From positions 35,473-99,472 of the forward strand of contig NYSS01000005.1 in assembly GCA_002683135.1 (NCBI GenBank): 64,000 nucleotides of DNA, given 5' to 3'. This stretch comes from Planctomycetota bacterium (GTDB lineage: Bacteria > Planctomycetota > GCA-002687715). Numbering within the stretch: the stretch's first letter is position 1; every line of letters begins with the position of its first letter. The position numbers and the translations under genes are program-made. Positions 54,166-62,173 of this stretch are shown here, piece after piece. Under the pieces are notes generated by a model. The model saw only the letters and a list, made by a program, of their open reading frames with translations, had not been told where the DNA came from and searched no databases.

Positions 54166-54743
54166 TCGTCTTGATCGATAACTACGACTCGTTCACCTTC
54201 AACCTCGCGCACTTGTTACGCGCGAGCGGAGAAGAGGTCCGCACGTTTCGTTGCGACAAAATTAACGTTCGCGACATACTCGACCAAAATCCCAGACGGA
54301 TCGTTATCTCTCCGGGGCCGGGCCGACCAGGGGACCGAGGTATCGCGGTCGAGCTTGTGCAGCGCGCCGCAGGACAGGTTCCGCTCCTTGGTGTTTGCTT
54401 GGGCCACCAAGCGATTGCCGTTGCGTTCGGCGGAGGCCTGGTTCGGTCTCCACGGCTCGTGCACGGGAAGACAAGCCTGGTCAAGCATGACGGCAAAGGC
54501 CTCTTTCACGACGCCCCGGACACCATAAAGGTGATGCGCTATCACTCCCTCGTCGTCGACGCCGCGACCTTGCCCGAAGAGCTGGAGGTCTCTGCCTGGC
54601 TCGATGACGGGACAATAATGGGACTTCGTCACAAAACGGCGCCGATCGCTGGAATCCAATTTCATCCCGAGTCGTTCCTCACGCCGGAAGGCCCGGCACA
54701 GGTAAACGCGTTTCTCAAGGGCACAGAGGCCGCTGTCTTATGA
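54162..54743 (+). CDS. Glutamine amidotransferase, anthranilate/aminodeoxychorismate synthase component II
   Basis: LIDNYDSFTFNL, ISPGPGRP, LGVCLGHQAI, FHPES. ATGA overlap with hemW. No component I gene is adjacent. Confidence 0.85.
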   Translation: MIVLIDNYDSFTFNLAHLLRASGEEVRTFRCDKINVRDILDQNPRRIVISPGPGRPGDRGIAVELVQRAAGQVPLLGVCLGHQAIAVAFGGGLVRSPRLVHGKTSLVKHDGKGLFHDAPDTIKVMRYHSLVVDAATLPEELEVSAWLDDGTIMGLRHKTAPIAGIQFHPESFLTPEGPAQVNAFLKGTEAAVL

Positions 54744-55615
54744 GGACCTTTGGTGACCGAGTCATTGACCGGTGTCAGCGCGTGGGCAACCCCATTTGCC
54801 TCGGGCTCGACCCACGCATTGAGCTCATCCCCAGGGGAGAGGGAGAGGACCCAGTCTCAGCAATGCGCGCGTTCTGCGACCGGGTCATTGACCTCGTCGC
54901 GGACAAGGTCGCCGCCATCAAGCCGCAGGCGGCGTTCTTCGAAGCATGGAGATCACGCGGCTTCGAGGTCTTCGAGCACGTTTGTCGGTACGCAAGGGAT
55001 CGGGGACTGGTTGTCGTAGCGGATGTCAAGCGTGGGGACATCGGTTCAACGGCGGCAGCGTACGCCCAGGCGTACCTGGCGAGCCACGAGGGCGATGACC
55101 CGGTCGCCCACGCGGTAACCGTCAACGCGTACCTCGGCAGCGATGGGGTGAGACCGTTTGTCGACGCGGGCGCAGCCACGGGTCGCGGCGTCTTTGTCCT
55201 AGTGAAGACGTCCAACCCGTCGTCAGGAGAACTGCAGGATAAGAAGCTAGCGAGCGGGAGGACGGTCTGCGAGGAGATGGCGGCGCTTGTTCGCGAATGG
55301 AACGAGCCACTTGGAGAGACCGGGTACGGCTCCGTCGGCGCCGTCGTCGGCGCAACCTATCCACAACACCTACAGGAGCTGCGTGGGCAACTGCCCGGCT
55401 CTATCCTTCTCTTGCCCGGCTATGGCGCGCAAGGGGCTGGCGCGGCGGACGTTATTCCAGCGTTCGATGCGCAGGGTCAGGGCGCCCTCGTGAGCGCCAG
55501 CCGGTCCCTCACCTTCCCTTGGGCGAAAGAAGGGGGGCCTCCCGCCAACTGGGAGGAGCGCATCCTCTCCGCTGTCTCAGCGATGCACGAGGAACTCGCC
55601 CGTGTTCTTCGCTGA
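54740..55615 (+). CDS. pyrF: Orotidine 5'-phosphate decarboxylase (type 2)
   Basis: LGLDPR, IKPQAAFFE, VVADVKRGDIGSTAAAYA, VTVNAYLG. ATGA overlap with the upstream gene. Confidence 0.85.
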   Translation: MRTFGDRVIDRCQRVGNPICLGLDPRIELIPRGEGEDPVSAMRAFCDRVIDLVADKVAAIKPQAAFFEAWRSRGFEVFEHVCRYARDRGLVVVADVKRGDIGSTAAAYAQAYLASHEGDDPVAHAVTVNAYLGSDGVRPFVDAGAATGRGVFVLVKTSNPSSGELQDKKLASGRTVCEEMAALVREWNEPLGETGYGSVGAVVGATYPQHLQELRGQLPGSILLLPGYGAQGAGAADVIPAFDAQGQGALVSASRSLTFPWAKEGGPPANWEERILSAVSAMHEELARVLR

Positions 55616-56360
55616 CATGGCCGAGCCGGGCCGCGAGGGCGCGTGGTACCAGGTCGCGTTTGGTGACCTTTATCCCGTCCTCTACGCGCACCGGGACGAT
55701 GCTTCGGCCACGACAGAGGCCGCGTTTGCGATCCAGGTTCTTGGGGTCAAGGCTGGGAGCTGGGTGGTGGACATCGGGTGCGGCGGCGGCCGCCACCAGC
55801 GCGCGCTTCAGGCGCGCGGCATCGACGTCGTCGGCATTGACCTGTCGCTGCCGCTCTTGGCAGAGCACAGGCTCCGGGGGGGGGCACGGCTGGTGCGCGC
55901 AGACATGCGCTCCCTGCCCCTGGCCGACGCGGGGTTCGATGCAGCAACGAGCTTCTTCACGTCATTTGGGTACTTTGAGTCGGACGACGCGGACGCCCGG
56001 GTTCTCCAGGGGGTGGCGCGCGTCATCAGGCCCGAGGGGCGCTACCTTCTCGACTATCTGTACAGCCCGCGGGTGGCGGACAGCCTCGTCCCACGAACAG
56101 AGCGAGAGGTCGCCGGCTACAACATGGTCGAGGAACGTCGCATCGAAGACCAGCGCGTCAAGAAGCGCGTGTCCATCACCCCGGCGTCGGGCGGGGAGGT
56201 GGTGTCGTACGAAGAGTCTGTGCGGCTGTATTCGCCGGACGACCTCGAGGCCATGTTGGGGGCCGCGGGGCTAAGGGTCGTGGGCAGGTATGGCGCGCTA
56301 GACGGCGCCGCGCTCGGGGCTGGACATCGGTGCGTCCTTGTCGCGGAGCGGTCCCTGTGA
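55602..56360 (+). CDS. Class I SAM-dependent methyltransferase
   Basis: VVDIGCGGGRHQRALQARGIDVVGIDLS, and IRPEGRYLL. The likelier ATG is at 55617, 1 nt after the pyrF stop. Confidence 0.75.
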   Translation: MFFADMAEPGREGAWYQVAFGDLYPVLYAHRDDASATTEAAFAIQVLGVKAGSWVVDIGCGGGRHQRALQARGIDVVGIDLSLPLLAEHRLRGGARLVRADMRSLPLADAGFDAATSFFTSFGYFESDDADARVLQGVARVIRPEGRYLLDYLYSPRVADSLVPRTEREVAGYNMVEERRIEDQRVKKRVSITPASGGEVVSYEESVRLYSPDDLEAMLGAAGLRVVGRYGALDGAALGAGHRCVLVAERSL

Positions 56361-57901
56361 GGGTCGCCTCGACAGAGGGTCCGATTCGGTCGCAAGGCCA
56401 GACCATCGACACCTTGCTGCGCCTTGACCCAGCGGCGCTCCCAGGCGGCTGCCTGCCCCATGCGCCAACGCTGGACGCCCTCGCGTCCCACGCGGCGTCG
56501 GTCGCGGACACCCCCGTCGACCGAGCAGAGGTCGCGGCCCGTCTGGCGCAACACAACCGGGAGCTCGGGAACGAGGCCGGGGCGTTACTGGCGGAGCGGC
56601 TCGCAGATCCGCGGGCGGTTGTCGTCATGACAGGACAACAACCCTGGCTCTATGCCGGCGCATCAATGTTGTTCGCGAAGATCGCTGGCGCCATACAACT
56701 GGCTCGGCGCCTCGAAGATCGCGCGGGCGTCCCCGCCATCCCGGTGTTCTGGAACCACTCCGAGGATCACGACGTTGACGAGATGAATCGGTTCTTCCGC
56801 TTCGCCTCCGGCGAGGTGGTGCGAGAGCGACTGGAGTTGTCGCGACATGCCGGGCATGCGATCGAGACCCTGGCGCTCTCGGGGGCGGACGCGGAGTTGG
56901 CCGCGACGTGGGTCCCGGACGAGCAGGGGCATCTGCGGCCGCATTCAGGTGAGCGCCTCGCGGGGTGGGCGTCACGGGTTGTTCACGAGGTGATGCCCGA
57001 TCTCCCTGTGGTACACGTGGAGCCGTTCGTGTTGCGCCCGCTCCTTGGCGCATTTTTTGGGGAGGTCATCCGGCGCGGCCCGGACATCCTGCGCGCTGTC
57101 GCCGCGCGCAGCCGCAGCCTCACCGACGAGGGATTTGAGCTCCAGGTCGACCCGAAGGACGTGACCCTGCTGTTCGAGTTGACAGACGATGGTCGCGTGC
57201 GCGTACCCGTCGACGGTGACGAGGAGTTGGCGTCGCGGGCGACCGCGATGCCTGAGTCGTTCTCGTGCGGGGTGCTCGGCCGCGCGGCTGCGCAACAACA
57301 CGCGCTGCCCGTCGTTGCGCACGTGAACGGCCCGGCGGAAAACGCGTACTTCGCGCAGATACCAGATCTGTTCACCGCCCTTGGCCTGCCCGTGCCTGCG
57401 GCGTGGCCGCGCCCGATGTTGACTGTGGTCGGGCCTGACGAGGCGCGCACCGCGGAGCGCCTCGGCATCGACACCAACAGCCTCGCCGATGGCCCGTCCA
57501 CCTGGCCGGAGCCGCCGGAGCCGCCCGCCGTGGCGGCGTTGTTCGCCGAGGCCGGGGCCGACCTGCGAGCCGGCGTTGACAAGCTCAGGGGTGATGCAGC
57601 GGACGGTGAGTTGGGCGAGCCGGTGGAGGCGTTCAACAAGCGGATCACAGACGCGCTGGCCCGCCTTAAGCGGACGTTCGAGAAGCACCGGGAACGCGCC
57701 GGCGGAGTTGGCCGGCGCGGTCGGCGGCGCCTCGCTGAGACGTTGCGGCCGCGTGGCAAGCCTCAAGAGCGGCTCCTGGGCCCGATAGCCCTCTTTCGAG
57801 GCCGCGACCCCGCACTGATGAGCGCGGCGCTTTCCGGGATCGACCCGTTGGACTTCAGGCACCACGTGGTCACACTGGAAGACGAGGATCTTTCCCTATG
57901 A
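56357..57901 (+). CDS. bshC: Bacillithiol biosynthesis protein BshC (putative cysteine-adding enzyme)
   Basis: VVMTGQQPWLYAGASMLFAKIAGAIQLARRLE..PVFWNHSEDHDVDEM matches the BshC TGQQ...EDHD signature. The GTG at 56357 gives a GTGA overlap with the methyltransferase stop (the longest ORF starts at 56330). Confidence 0.75.
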   Translation: MRVASTEGPIRSQGQTIDTLLRLDPAALPGGCLPHAPTLDALASHAASVADTPVDRAEVAARLAQHNRELGNEAGALLAERLADPRAVVVMTGQQPWLYAGASMLFAKIAGAIQLARRLEDRAGVPAIPVFWNHSEDHDVDEMNRFFRFASGEVVRERLELSRHAGHAIETLALSGADAELAATWVPDEQGHLRPHSGERLAGWASRVVHEVMPDLPVVHVEPFVLRPLLGAFFGEVIRRGPDILRAVAARSRSLTDEGFELQVDPKDVTLLFELTDDGRVRVPVDGDEELASRATAMPESFSCGVLGRAAAQQHALPVVAHVNGPAENAYFAQIPDLFTALGLPVPAAWPRPMLTVVGPDEARTAERLGIDTNSLADGPSTWPEPPEPPAVAALFAEAGADLRAGVDKLRGDAADGELGEPVEAFNKRITDALARLKRTFEKHRERAGGVGRRGRRRLAETLRPRGKPQERLLGPIALFRGRDPALMSAALSGIDPLDFRHHVVTLEDEDLSL

Positions 57902-58638
57902 GTCTGGACGTTCTTGCTTTCGGGGCGCACCCCGACGATGTTGAGTTGACGGTGGGCGGCACCGTGCTGGCGCTGCGTGCGCAGGGCTACACGGTGGGCA
58001 TCGTCGACATGACGCGGGGAGAGATGGGGACCCGGGGCTCGCCCGAGATCCGCGCGCAAGAGGCCACCGAGGCGGCCCGCCGACTTGGCGTCGAGCAGCG
58101 TCGAAACCTAGGGCTCCCGGACGGCCGGGTCACCCTGGACGACGCATCGCGGGAGGCCGCCATCCGTGTCTTGCGGGAGTTTCGCCCGACCCTCGTGCTC
58201 GCCCCGGTCGAGCGCGACCTGCACCCGGACCACGGGTGGACCGGGCGCATCGTGAGAGAGGCCTGCTTCCTCGCGGGCCTGGAGCGCTGGGATACCGGCC
58301 AGCCTCGTCATCGCCCAAAGACCGTGCTCGGCTATTTCTCCCACACGACGGTCGAACCAGATCTCGTGATCGACATCACGCAATTCTACGAGCAGAAGAA
58401 GGCGGCGTGCCTGGCATACGCTAGTCAGTTCCATGACCCCGATTCGAGCGAGCTCGCGACGTACATTTCGAGCGAGGGGTTCTGGGACTGGTGGGAGGCG
58501 CGCGCGCGCAGCCTCGGGCAGCGGATCGGCGCGGCCTTCGGGGAGGGGTTCGTGCACGACGGGCCTGTGCCGGTGCGGGACCCAGTAAAGCAATTCGAGA
58601 CATTCGGGTACTACCCGGACACGGACACCAATGGTTGA
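57898..58638 (+). CDS. bshB: Bacillithiol biosynthesis deacetylase BshB (PIG-L/LmbE family)
   Basis: VLAFGAHPDDVELTVGGTV, GIVDMTRGEMGTRG, LHPDH. ATGA overlap with bshC. Confidence 0.8.
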   Translation: MSLDVLAFGAHPDDVELTVGGTVLALRAQGYTVGIVDMTRGEMGTRGSPEIRAQEATEAARRLGVEQRRNLGLPDGRVTLDDASREAAIRVLREFRPTLVLAPVERDLHPDHGWTGRIVREACFLAGLERWDTGQPRHRPKTVLGYFSHTTVEPDLVIDITQFYEQKKAACLAYASQFHDPDSSELATYISSEGFWDWWEARARSLGQRIGAAFGEGFVHDGPVPVRDPVKQFETFGYYPDTDTNG

Positions 58639-59779
58639 TACCGGCGACCTGAAGATCGGCATCATCTGCTACCCGACGTTCGGCGGATCGGGGGCGGTCG
58701 CGGTCGACCTCGCCGCGGCGCTCGCGAATCGCGGCCACGAGGTGCACGTCATCTCGTACGCGAGCCCCTTCCGCATGGAGTCCAGCGGCAAGCTGTTGTT
58801 CCACGAGGTCGCGGTTCCCGAATACCCCCTGTTCAAGTACCCGCCGTACGCGATGGCGCTAGCGAGCAAGCTCGCCGAGGTTGCGACGAACCACGAACTT
58901 CAGATTCTCCACGCCCACTACGCGATCCCGCACAGCATGGCTGCGCACCTGGCGCGCGAGATCACAGGCAACGGCACCGGGCTGGTGACCACGCTTCACG
59001 GGACCGACATCACGCTCGTCGGGTCGGACCCGTCCTACCGCCCGTCGACGGCGTTCACGCTCAGGCGCTCCGACGCGATCACCGCGGTCTCCGCCTACCT
59101 GCGCGACGAGACGCGCCGCACCATCTGTGACGCCTGTGACATCGATGTCATCCCCAACTTCGTCGACCCCGTTCGCTACGCGCCGTCCGGCCACATCCCG
59201 CTGCGCGAGAATTACGCCAAGCCCCAAGAGCCGCTGCTTCTCCACATGAGCAATTTCCGCCCGGTGAAGCGCGTACTCGATGTCATCCGCATCTTCCACC
59301 GCGTGTACCAGGACCACCCGGCGTGCCTCACGATGATCGGAGACGGACCGGAGCGTCCCGCCGCGGAGCGGCTGACCCGCGATCTCGAGCTCCACCACCG
59401 AGTGACCTTCACGGGGGCGATGCCGGACGCGGCAAAGCTGTTGTCGCAGGCAGACGCGTTCCTACTCCCATCCGACGGAGAGTCGTTCGGCCTCGCGGCG
59501 CTGGAGTCACTTTCGTGCGGGGTCCCTGTTGTTGGCGCGCGCGCGGGCGGGCTGCCCGAGGTCGTCACGGACGGGGAGGTCGGCATCCTGGAAGAGGTGG
59601 GCGACGTGGAGAAGATGGGCCGTCGCCTTTCGGAGCTGCTCGGCGATCCGGAGGCGCTCAGCAGGATGGGGCGCGCGGGGCGCCGGCGTGTGGAGGAGAC
59701 GTTTCGGACCGACCGGGTGGTGCCGGATTACGAGGCCCTGTATCGACGGGTGCTCGAGAATCCGAGCCCGCAGCAGTAG
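58631..59779 (+). CDS. bshA: N-acetyl-alpha-D-glucosaminyl L-malate synthase BshA (GT4)
   Basis: KIGIICYPTFGGSGAVAVDLAAALANRGHEVHVISY, LHGTDITL, PSDGESFGLAALESLSCGVPVV. 8-nt overlap with bshB. Confidence 0.8.
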   Translation: MVDTGDLKIGIICYPTFGGSGAVAVDLAAALANRGHEVHVISYASPFRMESSGKLLFHEVAVPEYPLFKYPPYAMALASKLAEVATNHELQILHAHYAIPHSMAAHLAREITGNGTGLVTTLHGTDITLVGSDPSYRPSTAFTLRRSDAITAVSAYLRDETRRTICDACDIDVIPNFVDPVRYAPSGHIPLRENYAKPQEPLLLHMSNFRPVKRVLDVIRIFHRVYQDHPACLTMIGDGPERPAAERLTRDLELHHRVTFTGAMPDAAKLLSQADAFLLPSDGESFGLAALESLSCGVPVVGARAGGLPEVVTDGEVGILEEVGDVEKMGRRLSELLGDPEALSRMGRAGRRRVEETFRTDRVVPDYEALYRRVLENPSPQQ

Positions 59780-59782
59780 GAG

Positions 59783-60451
59783 CTACGCAGAGGCCTCTTT
59801 CGCTAGTTGGGTCAGGAATCGTCGCGCGGCGTCACCGACGGACCCGCTGCCATCGTGCGAGACCTCGTATCGCGCGGCCACCGCGTCAAGCATCCTGCCC
59901 GCTGCCTCGACGAACCCATCGAACACGCCCTCGCCAGATGTCGCGGATGTCGCGAACGACGGGACGCTTCGAAAGTTGAGCTTGGCCTCCAGGTCCTCAA
60001 CTGCGCTCAGGCCCGGTAGGTCGCGCTTGTTGTATTGCATGACCATCGGGATGGTGCTCACGTCCAGGCCGTTAGCGGTGAGGTTCTCGCCAAGATTGAC
60101 GATGCTCTCCACGTTCTCATCAATGCGATCCGCCTGCGAGTCCGCGACAAACACCACGCAGTCTGCGCCCATGAGCACATACTTGCGCGTGAGGTTGTAT
60201 TTGACCTGGCCCGGGACCGTGAATCCCTGGATCTTGATCTTGTAGCCTTCGACCACGCCAAGGTCGATGGGCAAGAAGTCAAAGAACAGCGTCCGCTCCT
60301 CGTCGGTCTTCAGGGAGATGAGCTTCACCTTCTGGGCGGGATCAAGCACCTGGTGTACGGCCTTCAGGCTCGTCGTCTTCCCCCCCAGGCCAGGGCCGTA
60401 GTAGACGATCTTCGCGGTGATGGTCTTCTCGCGAGTGTTGACGATGCTCAT
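59783..60451 (-). CDS. mglA: MglA-family Ras-like GTPase with C-terminal extension
   Basis: Start at MSIVNTREKTITAKIVYYGPGLGGKTTSL. RTLFFDFLP, TVPGQV and QYNKRDL closely parallel Myxococcus MglA. Confidence 0.85.
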   Translation of the reverse strand: MSIVNTREKTITAKIVYYGPGLGGKTTSLKAVHQVLDPAQKVKLISLKTDEERTLFFDFLPIDLGVVEGYKIKIQGFTVPGQVKYNLTRKYVLMGADCVVFVADSQADRIDENVESIVNLGENLTANGLDVSTIPMVMQYNKRDLPGLSAVEDLEAKLNFRSVPSFATSATSGEGVFDGFVEAAGRMLDAVAARYEVSHDGSGSVGDAARRFLTQLAKEASA

Positions 60452-60591
60452 CCGTGGACCCGATCCAAGGCTGTGGAAGTGCGACTCTCTGCGCCCACCT
60501 GTGCGGACGCTCCCTACGGATGGCCTTTCGACCAGCGGCGGACCCACCCTTGACCTCCGCGGCCCGATCCATGGCGCCGTAAGATACAGCC

Positions 60592-61725
60592 GTGCAAAGG
60601 ATCTTCCTCGACCACAACGCGACCACACCGCTGGACCCGCGCGTCCTCGACGCCATGCAGCCTCACCTGGGAGTCGAACCGGGAAACCCGAGTAGCCTGC
60701 ACACCGAAGGCCGGGCGGCGCGCCGCGCCGTGGAGGACGCGCGCGAGCACGTCGCTGCCATGTTGGGCAAAGACGCGCGGGAGGTCGTCTTCACAAGCGG
60801 CGCCACGGAGGCGAACAATCTGGCCCTCGCCGGCATGGTCCCGCTGAACGGCCGTCTCGCGGTTTCGTGTGTCGAGCACCCCTCCGTCCTTTCATGCGCC
60901 GAAGGACTGGAGTCCGCGGGCGCACAGGTCGTGCGCTTGCCCGTCGACCGTGACGGGCTCGTGCGAGTGGCCGAGCTCGACGCTGCGCTGGAGGTGGGCG
61001 TGGACGTGGTCGCGATCATGGCCGCGAACAACGAGGTGGGGACGCTGCAGCCGTGGGCGGATATCGCGAGCCGATGCCGAGCGGGGGGCGCGGCGCTGCA
61101 CGTCGATGCGGTCCAGCTGCCGGGGAAGGCGCCCATCACGATCCATGACTCGGGTAAGGGCACGGTGAGCCTTTCCGCGCACAAGATCGGAGGGCCCAAG
61201 GGGGTGGGCGCGCTGTGGATCCGGACCGACACGCGGGTGCGCGCGCAGCTCGCCGGAGGCGGGCAGGAGCGACAACGCCGAGCAGGAACGGAGAACGTGG
61301 CTGGGATCGTGGGCATGGGCGCAGCGTGTCGCCTGGTGGTCGAGGAATCGGCGGCGCGCATCTCGGCATTGCGCAGCGCCGAGGAGACGTTCCTGGCGTC
61401 ATTGCGCGCGCGCGTTCCGGACGTCGTTCGCCATGGTCCGGGAGCAGCGGATGCCCGCATACCGGGCACCCTCAATCTCCGCATTCCCGGCGTCGCGGGC
61501 GAACCCCTGTTGCTGGGCTGCGACCTCGGGGGGGTTTCACTGAGCCTCGGCAGCGCGTGCAGCAGCGGCGCGGTAGAGCCCAGCCACGTGCTCTTGGCAA
61601 TGGGAATTAACAAGGTGGAGAACCTGGAGAGTTTTCGTGTCTCGCTCGGCTGGGACACGGATCATGACGCGCTGCGGGCGGCAGCGGCGGTCATCGCAGA
61701 CGTCGCGGGACGCAACCGCAAGTGA
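60592..61725 (+). CDS. Cysteine desulfurase (NifS/IscS family)
   Basis: IFLDHNATTPLDP, SGATEANN, SLSAHKIGGPKGVGAL (PLP lysine) and SLGSACSSG (catalytic Cys loop). GTG start. Confidence 0.85.
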   Translation: MQRIFLDHNATTPLDPRVLDAMQPHLGVEPGNPSSLHTEGRAARRAVEDAREHVAAMLGKDAREVVFTSGATEANNLALAGMVPLNGRLAVSCVEHPSVLSCAEGLESAGAQVVRLPVDRDGLVRVAELDAALEVGVDVVAIMAANNEVGTLQPWADIASRCRAGGAALHVDAVQLPGKAPITIHDSGKGTVSLSAHKIGGPKGVGALWIRTDTRVRAQLAGGGQERQRRAGTENVAGIVGMGAACRLVVEESAARISALRSAEETFLASLRARVPDVVRHGPGAADARIPGTLNLRIPGVAGEPLLLGCDLGGVSLSLGSACSSGAVEPSHVLLAMGINKVENLESFRVSLGWDTDHDALRAAAAVIADVAGRNRK

Positions 61726-61897
61726 CCACGAAGGTTGCGGGCCTCCGCGATCCGGACAGCGGCGGCCGCGCCGCGCGGCGTGAACCCTAAGCCGTTGCAT
61801 AGACAAGGCCTAGCGCAGATGGCCGCGCTCTCCTGGCGCGCGGAGAGGACCCTCGGAACGGTCGATCTGCGGTGGGGGGCGTGCAAATGGAAAAAGC

Positions 61898-61947
61898 GCA
61901 AGCGTGCCGGCGACCGCTCGCAAGACGTGCCGGACTTTCGCAAGTCC
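61898..61947. repeat. Short direct repeats plus hairpin upstream of dnaA
   Basis: GCAAGCGTGCCGG (61898-61910) and GCAAGACGTGCCGG (61920-61933) are followed by a third CGCAAG (61939-61944). This sits inside the perfect hairpin GGACTT-TCGC-AAGTCC (61932-61947), whose loop reads as a GCGA tetraloop on the minus strand. Confidence 0.5.
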
Positions 61948-62173
61948 AACCCGACGATGGACTAAGTCGTGTGGCCGAGGGGGGTTTTCAACAACTCTTG
62001 GAAACACCCACCAAATCAGATGGACGGACCTGGCGAACGGCCGCAGAATCCCGCGCTCCTGGATGGCGGTCGGTCGCTCGCGAGGGTGACCGGAATGCGC
62101 CGAGCTTGAAGTCGTTCGCGAGTCCACGGGACGCAAATCGTGACCTGGACCGGGCCGCCCCATTGGGCGGGCC

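Noticed and set aside
60560-60594. A TAAGAT -10-like hexamer lies 6 nt before the GTG start of the cysteine desulfurase gene, which would suggest a leaderless mRNA.
   Set aside because: There is no acceptable -35 at 16-18 nt (the TTGACC is about 24 nt away), and a single hexamer match is weak evidence.
61925-61950. An RNase P RNA-like P4 element appears on the minus strand: GCGAAAGTCCGGC, compared with the consensus GAGGAAAGUCCGGGC.
   Set aside because: None of the other universally conserved RNase P segments can be found in the surrounding 450 nt, for example the ACAGAACCCGGCUUA-like 3' strand of P4 or the GGUAAGAGCGCACC-like element. The match is simply the GGACTT/AAGTCC hairpin.
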